Source of the DNA: Bacteroidia bacterium
GTDB taxonomy: Bacteria; Bacteroidota; Bacteroidia; B-17B0; Aurantibacillaceae
Direction of reading: 5' to 3'
DNA length: 64,000 nt
Assembly (NCBI GenBank): GCA_040403535.1
Contig: JBBAKL010000003.1
Coordinates: forward strand, 35,248 to 99,247
The notes beneath the pieces are model-generated. The model did no database searches. It was not told the DNA's origin and saw nothing but the letters and a program-made list of their open reading frames with translations. Numbering within the stretch: the first letter of the stretch is position 1; each line of letters starts with the position of its first letter. The translations under genes and the position numbers were made by a program. Shown here piece by piece: positions 1 to 9,211 of this stretch.

Positions 1-3000
1 TAAAGTAGGGAACCATAAGAAGGTATAAGGGCTGGTACCTCCACTGTAAGCAAGATTTCCAACTCCGTTATTTAAACCATTACAAGTGACGTTAGTACTT
101 GTTAATGTTGCTTGTAAAGGAGTAGGTTGAGTAATAACAGCCACTGCATTAGTAGTACAACCCATCGCATCCGTAATGGTTGCTGTATAGGAACCGGCGG
201 TTAAACTTCCGGCGGTTGCAGCAGTACCTCCACTAGGAAGCCAGCTATAGGTATAACCCGGAGTTCCACCGGAAGGCGCTACCGTTGCAAATCCATTGGT
301 GTATCCAGCACAACTAGCGTTTCCTGTCGCAGAAATACTTGCAGTAAGCTGAGTAGGTTGATTAATGGTCACAACTGCTGAGGCAGTACAACTGTTTTGA
401 TCCGTTGCCTGTAAAGTATATGTACCAGAACAAAGATTACTGATTAATTGTGTTGTTAAAGGAGCAGGACCTCCTGTCCAGAAATACACCACTGCACCAA
501 CAGAATTTGCTGTTGTACCGGTGGCTACTCCGTTACACGCACCGAAACAAGAAATATTAGTTGAAGTAATAGCAGCCGTCATTTGTGCAGGATTAGTTAA
601 AGTAACAGAGGAGGAAGCCACACAACCGTTAGCATCCGTTACTGTTACAATGTGATTTCCTGCGCCTAGACCAGTTGGACTCTGTAATGTAGATCCTGAT
701 GGCACCCAGTTAAAGGTATAACCGGCAGTTCCGCCTAAAACACCAGCATTAGCAGTTCCGTTTGTTGAGTTAAAACATAGAGGATTGGTTCCTGAAGCAG
801 TTACAGTTAAAGCCGGCGGTTGTGTAATTGTAACACTTACAGATGATTTACATCCCATTTGATCTGTAACAGTTGCAGTATATACACCCGCAATTAAGTT
901 AACCCCTGTTCCTGTCACCTGACCATTACTCCATAAGTAATTATATGGCGCGTTACCACCACTTACTGTTGTGGTAACCATTCCGTTATTTCCACCAAAA
1001 CAACTGATGTTTGTTTGGCTAACAACGGTCATTACTGGTCCGGCCTGATTTGGAATGGTTGCTGCTGCCGTGGTAATACAACCGTTAGCATCTTTAACAC
1101 TAATAGTATAAGTACCGGCTAAAGCATTGCTTAAAACCGGTCCGGTAGCGGAAGTACTCCAAGTATAGGTATAAGCCGGTGAACCTCCAGTTGCGGAAAC
1201 AGTAGCAGAACCATTGGCCTGATTACAATTAGCAGTTGTTACGGATGAAGTAACAGTAACTGATGTAGGCTGTGTAATAGAAACTGAAACAGTTGTGGTA
1301 CAACTTTTAGAATCGGTTACGGTTACGCTATATACACCTGCAGGTAAATTAGGAGCGGTTGCTGTTGTTGCACCACCAGGTGACCATAAATACGTTAATG
1401 GCGGTGTACCTCCACCGTTATATATGGCAGTTGCTGAGCCATTATTGCCTCCGAAACAGCTTACAGCTGTAGTACCGGTTGCTACATCTAAAGCACCAGG
1501 TTCTGTAATTGTACCAGCTACTGATGATGTACATCCAAATGCGTCGGTTAATGTTACAGAATAAACACCCACAATTAATCCGGTTGCAGTTTGTGCGGTT
1601 TGACCATTACTCCAGCTATATGAAATAGGGGCAGTCATTGCTCCGGTAAATCCTGCAGTTAAACTTCCGTTATTACCACCAAAACAACTTACGTTAGTAA
1701 TAGCTGAAATAACGGCAGTACCACCCGGTGTTGTATTAATGGTTACTGCACCAGTTTTAATACAGCCATTTGCGTCAGTTACTGTTACCGTATAAACGCC
1801 GGCAGCTAAAGGATTACTTTGGGCATTACTTCCACCGCCCGAACTCCAATTAAATGTATATGCAGGTGTACCTCCCGATACTGAAACAGATGCTGTACCA
1901 TTTGCAGCTGTACAGTTGGCGTTTATACTTGATAGTGTTAAGGTAATTGCTGTAGGTTGAGTAACCTGAACTGATTGAGTTAGTGTACAACCATTCGCGT
2001 CGCGAACTGTGATGTTGTAAACACCTGCTGCTTGTCCGCTAAAAGTAGTGGAGCTTTGAAAAGTTCCACCATTTAAAGCGTACTGATAAGGACCGGTTCC
2101 TCCTGAACCTGCCGCTGTAATAACACCGTTAGTTCCTGTGTTACAACTTGTAGGATTTGAAGATAAACTTACTGTTAAAGCAGTTGGCTGAATAATTGTT
2201 ACGGATGTAGTAGTCATGCAACCGGCCGCGTCTTTTACCAATATGCTATAAGGCTGAGCTGTTAAATTTGTGAATATGCCTGATCCGCTGGTAATATTAC
2301 CCGGTGTTAATGTATAACTGTATCCCGGAGTACCACCGGATGTGTTAACAGTAAAGCTGCCATTTGTACCATTAAAGCAACTTACGTTTGACTGTGTTCC
2401 AATTGTTGCAACCGGACTTCCGGTATTACCAACAGTGAAGTTGATTGTTAATGTACAGCTGTTAGCGTCTAAAACTACAACTGAATGACTACCTGCAGTT
2501 AAACCTCCAGCAAAATTATTACTGCTAAACGGAGATCCGTTAAATGAATATTGATATGGAGTAGCGCCACCACTCACTGTTGTAACAGTTGCGCTTCCAT
2601 TTGCGTTACCGCAATTAGCGTTTGTACTTGTAACACTGCCGGAAGCAGGTCCTGTAATATTACCAATAGTAAATGTTCCGGTAATAATACAACCGTTAGC
2701 ATCGCTCACTTGTGCATTTTGAACACCGGAAGCTAAACCTGTTGCTGTAGGACCAGAAGCAACGCTGTTGACTGAATAAGAATAAGCCGGAGTTCCGCCT
2801 GAAACATTAAGTGTAACGCTTCCTACTGATCCGGCACATGAATTCGGGATGGTATTAAAGCTGATGGATAAAGGTGTTGGTTGAGTGATGGTGACTACCT
2901 GTGTAGCCGTACAGTTATTTACGTCTCGGACAGTTATACTGTAGTTACCCGCCGCTAAACCGGTAAAGCCTGATCCGGCCTGGAAGGCACCGCCATTTAA

Positions 3001-6000
3001 TGAATAATTATATGGCGCATTTCCTCCTGAAGCGGAAGCATTGACAGAGCCTGTTGTTCCTGCATTACATAATACAGGAGAAGGTGTTAAAGTAAAAGTA
3101 AGCTGTGTTGGCTGAATAATGTTTACAGTAACTGTTGTTACACAACCAACCGCGTCTTTTACTGTGACGTTGTAGGCCTGTGCAGTTAAACCGGTAAACA
3201 CACCACTCGTATTGGTTGTTCCTCCCGGAGTTAATGTATAATTGTATCCCGGAGTACCGCCCGTTGTATTTACGGTAAAGCTCCCGTTTGCTCCGCCAAA
3301 ACAACTAACACTTGAAGTGGCTGAAATACTTGAAGTAGGACTACCGGTATTGTTGATATTAAACGTTACAGCCAGTGTACAACTGTTTACATCGCGAACT
3401 ATAACGGTTTGCGAACCTGCGGCAAGTCCTGTTACGCTGTTTGCGCCAAATGGGCCACCGTTAAATGAATATTGATATGGCGCAGTACCACCTGTTACAG
3501 TAGTAACGGTTGCGCTTCCGTTTGCGTTACCGCAAGTTGCCGGTGATGTTGCCACTGTAGCTGCAGCCGGACCAGTGATAATTCCGATATTAAATGTACC
3601 GGTAATGATACAACCGTTAGCGTCGCTTACCTGCGTGTTTTGAACGCCGGAAGAAAGACCTGTAGCAGTAGGACCGGTTACAACGCTATTAACGGAATAC
3701 GTATAGGCAGGTGTACCGCCTGTTACACCAATGGTAACACTACCTACCGCTCCAACACACGTGTTAGGAGCCGTAGTAAAGGTCATTGCTAATGGTGTAG
3801 GCTGAGTTATTGTGATTGTGGTTGTATGCGTACAATTATTTAAATCACGAACTGTTACGCTATAGGTTCCGGCACTTAGTCCGGTAAATGATGAACTTGC
3901 ACCAAAAGCTCCACCGTTAATCGAATAATTATAGGTTGGTGTTCCTCCTGAAGCAGTGGCACTAATAGAACCTGTACTTCCTCCATTACATAAAACAGGA
4001 GATGGAGTTAATGTTAAACCTAAAGCAGGAGGTTGTGTTATATTTACCGTTGCGGTTGTTAAACATCCCGCTACATCCCGAACAGATACTGTGTATACCT
4101 GAGCCGTTAATCCTGTGAAAATACCAATGGAATTTGTTATACCGCCAGGTGACAATGTGTAAGAATACCCCGGCAAACCACCGGTTGTGCTTGCGGTGAA
4201 GCTTCCTGTTGCTCCTCCGTTACAAGCCACATTTACACTATTTGCAATAGTTGTTACAGGAGTTCCGGTATTACTGATATTAAAGGTTACTGCTACTGTA
4301 CAAGAATTAACATCTCGGATAATAACCGTGTGGGTTCCCGCAGCTAAACCTGTAGTGGAGTTTCCGCCAAAAGGTCCGCCATTAAACGAATAAGAATAAG
4401 GGCCAGTACCGCCATTAACAGAAGATACAGTAGCAGTACCATTAGCATTACCACATGTGGCATTAGTGGTTGAGGTTATTGCAGAAATCGGACCGTTAAC
4501 CATAGCGATATTAAACACAGTAGATAACGTACAACTATTGGCATCACGGATAATAACTGTATGTGTACCTGCTGGTAAACTACCTACGATACTTCCTGTA
4601 GCAACGCCATTAACCGAATAGGTATAAGCAGGAGTTCCGCTAATAACATTGGTAACGCTAAATGTTCCTGTTGAACCAACACATGCTGTAGGAGAGGTGG
4701 TGAACGTTATAGCAGATGGACCCGGCATATCAAGAACGGTAACTGTTTTAGTAAACGTACATCCTCTGCTGTCAATAACACCAATCACATAAGCTCCGCT
4801 ACTTAAATTAGTTACCGGCGGCGTTGTACTATACGGACCTCCGTTAACATTATAAGAATAAGTAGGTATTCCACCTGTTACTGCACCAAGCGTAATGCTT
4901 CCATTATTTAAACCGCAGGTAGAGTTAATAATAGTTGTAGCTAATGCTGTTATTGGTGGTGAGTTAGAAATAGTAGTTGTATAAGTAGTGCGGCACCCAA
5001 GATTATTAATTAATGTAACAGTGTAGGTTCCGGCACTTAATCCCGTTACAGTTTGAGACCCTACTGCCGTTCCGTTGACAGAGTAACCAGTAACCGTTTG
5101 TCCGGCACCGCTTGTGTTTGTTATGACAATACTGCCATTATTAAATCCACAGGAAGCATTGCTTGGTGTTAGAATGGCTGTTGGCTGAGGATTAATAGCA
5201 ACAATTGCAGTTGCCTGGGTTGTACATACACCAACACTACCTATTACTGTATAGGTTGTTGTTGCTCCCGGTGTGGCGACGACTGCAGAACCGCTTGTTG
5301 TATTTAACGATCCTGCAGGAGACCATGTGTAAGAAGTGGCGCCTGCCACACTGAGATTAGCGGAGCTACCGAGACAGACGGAAGTATTAGTGGGTGTTAT
5401 TGTTAATGTTGGCGGAGTAAAGTTGGCCGCGATATTAATTGTCTGTGTGCCTCTGCATCCGGTTGTTGTATTAAGAACAGTTGCTGTATAAACACCACCA
5501 ACGTTCACTGTAATTGGATTTGCATTAGCACTTCCAACAATTCCGGGTCCGGTCCAGGTATACGTATGACCCGCGGGCCCCGGTAATGCGCTTATTTGCG
5601 CAGTTGGTGATGTACATGATAAAGTATTTGTTATTGATAATGTTGGTGTAAGTGTGGCAGAACAAACAATGGTTGTGGTTAAAACTGTAGATGCAGGAGG
5701 ACATCCCGGTTTACTAACGGTTGCCGTATATACCCCACACTGATTAACAGTAGCTGTACCGGAATTTATACCACTGACAATGCCGGGACCAGACCAAGTG
5801 TACGATAATGGAGAAAGCGTTGAAGTAACCATTACGTTGGCTGTACCACCTGCGCATCCAATTGGAGTGCTTGTACTGGTGTTAGCTACTGTTGCGGTTA
5901 AAGCACCACAAGGCAAAGGACATGAAGCAAAGTCACCGGCTCCATAACCATTGGTACTTACATTGGTGAACGAAATAGTTGTTCCGGTCATGTTTCCAAT

Positions 6001-6645
6001 ATAAAGACCGCCTGAATTACTCACAACAACCTGATTACCCACAATGGCAAAACCTCCACCTGCAGACAAACTTGGCATACCCGACATCGTCCAGGTACAC
6101 AACTGAGCACCGGTTGGACTGTAGGCAATCATAGATTGAGGGCTGGTAGTTTTGAGAATATAAAAATTACAGCAATTGTCAACCACTATATCGTACGGCC
6201 CACCTCCTGCAAAACTGGTTATTGTTGTGAGCAATGTTGCCGGACCTGTTCCGTTATAAACATATACTTGACCTGTGCCACCCACTAAGTTGTAAATACA
6301 ACCAGGCCCCCCGCCTATATTAACAGCAATTGTATTTCCTGTTGAATGTCCGGTGCTCACCCACGCACTTCCACTCCAATAATAAAAAACACCCCCGATA
6401 GTTGTATAGAACGTTGGATTGGGAGTCGCCGCACTTAAGTTCGGACCGAACGATAATCCGGTACCTCCCAAAGGAATACCTGTACTACTTGGATTAGAAG
6501 CACTCAGAGGCAATGCAGGATTGTACACCTGTATCGGACTTGTGTGCATATAAACCAAGCCGTTGTTACAAGTAACTTGTGCGCTTGATCTAAATGAGTA
6601 AATAATACTCATCAAAAAAAATAAGAATTGGGGGATTCTTTTCAT
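1..6645 (-). CDS. Giant secreted cell-surface repeat protein (Ig-like / SprB-type tandem modules). N-terminus complete; C-terminus lies beyond the window start
   Basis: ATG at 6645-6643. Hand translation MKRIPQFLFFLMSIIYSFRSSAQVTCNNGLVYMH... is a signal peptide. I hand-translated only ~6645-5180 and the last ~60 nt. The same frame at 60-1 still reads repeat motif GNLAYSGGTSPYTFLWFPTL. Motifs include TNGFATVAPSGGTPGYTYSWLPSGG (about 181-300) and HTYTWTGPGIV. No competing long minus-strand ORF is listed, which fits the track omitting ORFs without an in-window stop. Confidence 0.8.
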   Translation of the reverse strand, partial: MKRIPQFLFFLMSIIYSFRSSAQVTCNNGLVYMHTSPIQVYNPALPLSASNPSSTGIPLGGTGLSFGPNLSAATPNPTFYTTIGGVFYYWSGSAWVSTGHSTGNTIAVNIGGGPGCIYNLVGGTGQVYVYNGTGPATLLTTITSFAGGGPYDIVVDNCCNFYILKTTSPQSMIAYSPTGAQLCTWTMSGMPSLSAGGGFAIVGNQVVVSNSGGLYIGNMTGTTISFTNVSTNGYGAGDFASCPLPCGALTATVANTSTSTPIGCAGGTANVMVTSTLSPLSYTWSGPGIVSGINSGTATVNQCGVYTATVSKPGCPPASTVLTTTIVCSATLTPTLSITNTLSCTSPTAQISALPGPAGHTYTWTGPGIVGSANANPITVNVGGVYTATVLNTTTGCRGTQTINIAANFTPPTLTITPTNTSVCLGSSANLSVAGATSYTWSPAGSLNTTSGSAVVATPGATTTYTVIGSVGVCTTQATAIVAINPQPTAILTPSNASCGFNNGSIVITNTSGAGQTVTGYSVNGTAVGSQTVTGLSAGTYTVTLINNLGCRTTYTTTISNSPPITALATTIINSTCGLNNGSITLGAVTGGIPTYSYNVNGGPYSTTPPVTNLSSGAYVIGVIDSRGCTFTKTVTVLDMPGPSAITFTTSPTACVGSTGTFSVTNVISGTPAYTYSVNGVATGSIVGSLPAGTHTVIIRDANSCTLSTVFNIAMVNGPISAITSTTNATCGNANGTATVSSVNGGTGPYSYSFNGGPFGGNSTTGLAAGTHTVIIRDVNSCTVAVTFNISNTGTPVTTIANSVNVACNGGATGSFTASTTGGLPGYSYTLSPGGITNSIGIFTGLTAQVYTVSVRDVAGCLTTATVNITQPPALGLTLTPSPVLCNGGSTGSISATASGGTPTYNYSINGGAFGASSSFTGLSAGTYSVTVRDLNNCTHTTTITITQPTPLAMTFTTAPNTCVGAVGSVTIGVTGGTPAYTYSVNSVVTGPTATGLSSGVQNTQVSDANGCIITGTFNIGIITGPAAATVATSPATCGNANGSATVTTVTGGTAPYQYSFNGGPFGANSVTGLAAGSQTVIVRDVNSCTLAVTFNINNTGSPTSSISATSSVSCFGGANGSFTVNTTGGTPGYNYTLTPGGTTNTSGVFTGLTAQAYNVTVKDAVGCVTTVTVNIIQPTQLTFTLTPSPVLCNAGTTGSVNASASGGNAPYNYSLNGGAFQAGSGFTGLAAGNYSITVRDVNNCTATQVVTITQPTPLSISFNTIPNSCAGSVGSVTLNVSGGTPAYSYSVNSVASGPTATGLASGVQNAQVSDANGCIITGTFTIGNITGPASGSVTSTNANCGNANGSATVTTVSGGATPYQYSFNGSPFSSNNFAGGLTAGSHSVVVLDANSCTLTINFTVGNTGSPVATIGTQSNVSCFNGTNGSFTVNTSGGTPGYSYTLTPGNITSGSGIFTNLTAQPYSILVKDAAGCMTTTSVTIIQPTALTVSLSSNPTSCNTGTNGVITAAGSGGTGPYQYALNGGTFQSSTTFSGQAAGVYNITVRDANGCTLTQSVQVTQPTAITLTLSSINANCTAANGTASVSVSGGTPAYTFNWSSGGGSNAQSNPLAAGVYTVTVTDANGCIKTGAVTINTTPGGTAVISAITNVSCFGGNNGSLTAGFTGAMTAPISYSWSNGQTAQTATGLIVGVYSVTLTDAFGCTSSVAGTITEPGALDVATGTTAVSCFGGNNGSATAIYNGGGTPPLTYLWSPGGATTATAPNLPAGVYSVTVTDSKSCTTTVSVSITQPTSVTVTSSVTTANCNQANGSATVSATGGSPAYTYTWSTSATGPVLSNALAGTYTISVKDANGCITTAAATIPNQAGPVMTVVSQTNISCFGGNNGMVTTTVSGGNAPYNYLWSNGQVTGTGVNLIAGVYTATVTDQMGCKSSVSVTITQPPALTVTASGTNPLCFNSTNGTANAGVLGGTAGYTFNWVPSGSTLQSPTGLGAGNHIVTVTDANGCVASSSVTLTNPAQMTAAITSTNISCFGACNGVATGTTANSVGAVVYFWTGGPAPLTTQLISNLCSGTYTLQATDQNSCTASAVVTINQPTQLTASISATGNASCAGYTNGFATVAPSGGTPGYTYSWLPSGGTAATAGSLTAGSYTATITDAMGCTTNAVAVITQPTPLQATLTSTNVTCNGLNNGVGNLAYSGGTSPYTFLWFPTL
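1955..4723 (-). repeat. Three tandem copies of a ~921-924 bp higher-order coding repeat (about 4 Ig-like modules per unit) inside the giant adhesin gene
   Basis: Anchors ggttgagtaacc (1955), ggttgagtgatgg (2879) and ggctgagttattg (3800), with a degenerate fourth boundary near 4720. A second anchor, tgtataactgtatcccggagtaccaccgg, recurs at about 2311, 3235 and 4156. Plus-strand shadow ORFs 3242-3475 and 4187-4393 translate to homologous peptides offset by 921 nt. Confidence 0.75.
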
Positions 6646-6789
6646 GGGGTGTAAGTTAGTGGGTTCTAGAATTTGTAAATATAGAATTTTGCCCCAAATT
6701 TCAGGCATTTATGACTAACCGAAACCAAGACTCAACTCAGCCAAACTCTTCTTTTACTCGGTTCTGATATTTGCCATTATAAAATACCG

Positions 6790-7719
6790 CTAATAGAAGG
6801 CGGGGGCATTACTCTGGAAATTCCAGAAAAATTCCGGCTTACGAATCCTTTGATCAGGACGGAAAAGGTACTGTTGTCCTTTTGAATCAATCATAGGAAT
6901 GTGGCAATTGATGGGCGTAAACCATTTTCTGGGAATAAAAACCATATCGTGAATAAGTCGGTTCTGAACAGCATTACGCACCTGCTCGGCATCCACCCCA
7001 AAATTAGCCTGAATATTCTGCGCGTGTCCGATATTAAACTTCACCTGAGCACTTAACAAACCATGAGAAATGTTAGCATAAGTTCCTCCTGTGGTATCCA
7101 TATAACCGATATGAGGAAATTTAGAATCGTTCTTAACCTGATGTCCCATCTGGCCTGTCCACATCGTGCAATTAATTGCTGCCTGAAATAAATTTTTATA
7201 CTGATATTGAATTAAGAACGCGCCTGTTCTGAAGCGATCAAGAATTTGCCGGGCTAAAATATCGTTCTCACCGATAATGGAAACACGATCAAACTGCAAA
7301 GCAACAATTCCGGTTTGCTGAGTGGTTTTCACTTTATTAAAATACGCGTTGTAGGCATAGGCCACCGAGTATTTTCGTTTCGTTTGGTTGGAGTACACTG
7401 AAACAAATGGGTTAAACTGTTTTTGCTTTTCACCATATGCAAGAACCAATCCGCCCGACGCAACAAGTTCATTATATTCTTTATTTGGGCCCAGATTTTT
7501 TAAACTACGGTACACGCGAAGGCCAGCATTTATCTGAACAAAGTCGTAAAAACAATACGCGTTTAATGTTAATCCGATCCGATGAAATTTGTTTCCCACC
7601 GCAATGCTGGCGCCAACATTAAATCCAAAAGATTCATATCGGTAAAACTGAGAAAAAGAAAAGGTGATGACACCCAAAAGAAAATAACCGAGTAAAAAAT
7701 ATTTTTTAGCTCTTGCCAA
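6790..7719 (-). CDS. Secreted or outer-membrane protein of unknown function
   Basis: N-terminus MARAKKYFLLGYFLLGVITFSFSQ looks like a signal peptide. Alternating aromatic/hydrophobic strands and the C-terminal ...APAFY suggest an OMP-like terminal aromatic. The start overlaps the aroK 3' end by 14 nt. Confidence 0.6.
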   Translation of the reverse strand: MARAKKYFLLGYFLLGVITFSFSQFYRYESFGFNVGASIAVGNKFHRIGLTLNAYCFYDFVQINAGLRVYRSLKNLGPNKEYNELVASGGLVLAYGEKQKQFNPFVSVYSNQTKRKYSVAYAYNAYFNKVKTTQQTGIVALQFDRVSIIGENDILARQILDRFRTGAFLIQYQYKNLFQAAINCTMWTGQMGHQVKNDSKFPHIGYMDTTGGTYANISHGLLSAQVKFNIGHAQNIQANFGVDAEQVRNAVQNRLIHDMVFIPRKWFTPINCHIPMIDSKGQQYLFRPDQRIRKPEFFWNFQSNAPAFY

Positions 7720-8236
7720 TATGCAAAGATACTGCTTCTAAAATTTTTTCTGCCGTTAAATTTAGTCCATTAACAATTATTGGTGCCTGTAAATAAAAAG
7801 ATTCTCGTTTCTTAAGCAAAGATTTTACAAAATCTAACGCTTCTTCTGCTGATTTGTTTTGTATTAATGGGCGTGCCGTTAACGACTGCGACAAACGATA
7901 ATGAAGGGATTCAGCAGGCATTTCAATATAAACAGATAAACCTGATTTAAGAATAAGTGTAATATTATTATTAAAACAAGGCGTTCCCCCTCCTAATGAA
8001 ATTACGGAAGTAGGATAACGGTTAATCACCTGATTCAAGTATTCTGTTTCCTTTTGTCTGAAGTAATCTTCTCCTTTTGTAGTAAAAATTTCATTGATAG
8101 AAAGCTCTTCTTTCTTTTCAATATAATGATCCAGGTCAATGAATGGGCGGTTTAACAATTTAGCAAGTTTTTTACCATGTGTTGATTTTCCACAACCCAT
8201 AAATCCTATTAAAAATATTTTCTCAGGTATACCCAT
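7706..8236 (-). CDS. aroK: Shikimate kinase
   Basis: Walker A motif IFLIGFMGCGKST, ~176 aa, typical AroK N-terminal layout. Confidence 0.9.
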   Translation of the reverse strand: MGIPEKIFLIGFMGCGKSTHGKKLAKLLNRPFIDLDHYIEKKEELSINEIFTTKGEDYFRQKETEYLNQVINRYPTSVISLGGGTPCFNNNITLILKSGLSVYIEMPAESLHYRLSQSLTARPLIQNKSAEEALDFVKSLLKKRESFYLQAPIIVNGLNLTAEKILEAVSLHIGKS

Positions 8237-9211
8237 TTATTTATGATTATCTAGTGCCCACTCTTTTGCGAAATAAGTAAGTATAACCGATGCTCCTGCA
8301 CGTTTAATGCTTAATAAAATTTCGTCACGAATTTTTTTATTGTCAATCCACCCTTTTGCCGCTGCTGCCTTCACCATTGCGTATTCGCCGCTTACATTAT
8401 AAGCAGCAATTGGTAATGAAAAATTATCATTTAACGACTTTATAATATCCATATATGATAATGCAGGTTTTACCATTAGAAAATCAGCGCCTTCGGTAAA
8501 ATCCAATTCAGCTTCAAGAAGCGCTTCCTTACTGTTAGCAGGATTCATCTGATATGTTTTTTTGTCGCCAAATTTTGGCGCACTATCCAAGGCATCTCTA
8601 AACGGTCCATAAAAAGCACTGGCATATTTTGCCGTATAACTCATTATGGATACATTAATAAAATCATTATCATCCAGAACTTCGCGCAAATATCCTACTC
8701 TACCATCCATCATATCACTTGGACCAATAATATCAGCTCCGCATTCAGCCTGGGCTAAGGCCATTTTTCCTAATATCTCTAACGTTTCATCGTTTAATAT
8801 CTGACCATTTTTCACAATACCATCGTGCCCATCGCTGCTATATGGATCCATAGCAACATCTGTCATGATTACTGCTTCCGGAAATTTCTTTTTTACTTCT
8901 GATAGAGTACGTAAGTACAATCCTTTTTTATTCCAGCTTTCACTCGCTTTTTTATCTTTTAATTTCTCGTCAATATTTGGGAACAAGGAAAATGTTGTGA
9001 TCCCCAATTTCAAACACGATTCAATTTCTTTTAATAACAAATCGTTTGAGAAACGATAAATGCCCGGCATGGAAGTAACTTCAGACTTTTTATTTTTTCC
9101 TTCAATTAAAAATAAAGGAAATATAAAATCATTAACGCTCAAACTATTTTCTTGAACCAGATTCCGAATTGCCTGGCTTTTGCGGTTTCTGCGCGGACGG
9201 TGTGTTATCAT
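8237..9211 (-). CDS. hemB: Porphobilinogen synthase (delta-aminolevulinate dehydratase)
   Basis: N-terminus HRPRRNRKSQAIRNLV. Motifs include SYTAKYASAFYGPFRDA, KKTYQMNP and the Schiff-base lysine context FLMVKPAL. Confidence 0.95.
   Translation of the reverse strand: MITHRPRRNRKSQAIRNLVQENSLSVNDFIFPLFLIEGKNKKSEVTSMPGIYRFSNDLLLKEIESCLKLGITTFSLFPNIDEKLKDKKASESWNKKGLYLRTLSEVKKKFPEAVIMTDVAMDPYSSDGHDGIVKNGQILNDETLEILGKMALAQAECGADIIGPSDMMDGRVGYLREVLDDNDFINVSIMSYTAKYASAFYGPFRDALDSAPKFGDKKTYQMNPANSKEALLEAELDFTEGADFLMVKPALSYMDIIKSLNDNFSLPIAAYNVSGEYAMVKAAAAKGWIDNKKIRDEILLSIKRAGASVILTYFAKEWALDNHK

Noticed and set aside
1295-4393. Plus-strand ORFs 1295-1564, 2551-2736, 3242-3475 and 4187-4393, and minus-strand off-frame ORF 3065-3304
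   Set aside because: All lie inside the giant minus-strand repeat gene. Their translations (P/V/A/T-rich, mutually homologous at a 921-nt offset) are antisense or off-frame shadows of the coding repeats, not independent genes.
1-6645. Whether the regular repeats at the window start could be a CRISPR array or non-coding satellite
   Set aside because: The repeat units are 230-920 bp, diverged, and sit in what I infer to be one uninterrupted reading frame (hand-translated only at both ends) with protein-level motifs (PYTYxW, Cys brackets). There is no short direct repeat/spacer organisation.
6646-6789. Promoter for the giant adhesin gene
   Set aside because: I looked for a TAnnTTTG box on the minus strand and found only imperfect matches (e.g. 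TGAAATTTGG), so no promoter feature is claimed.
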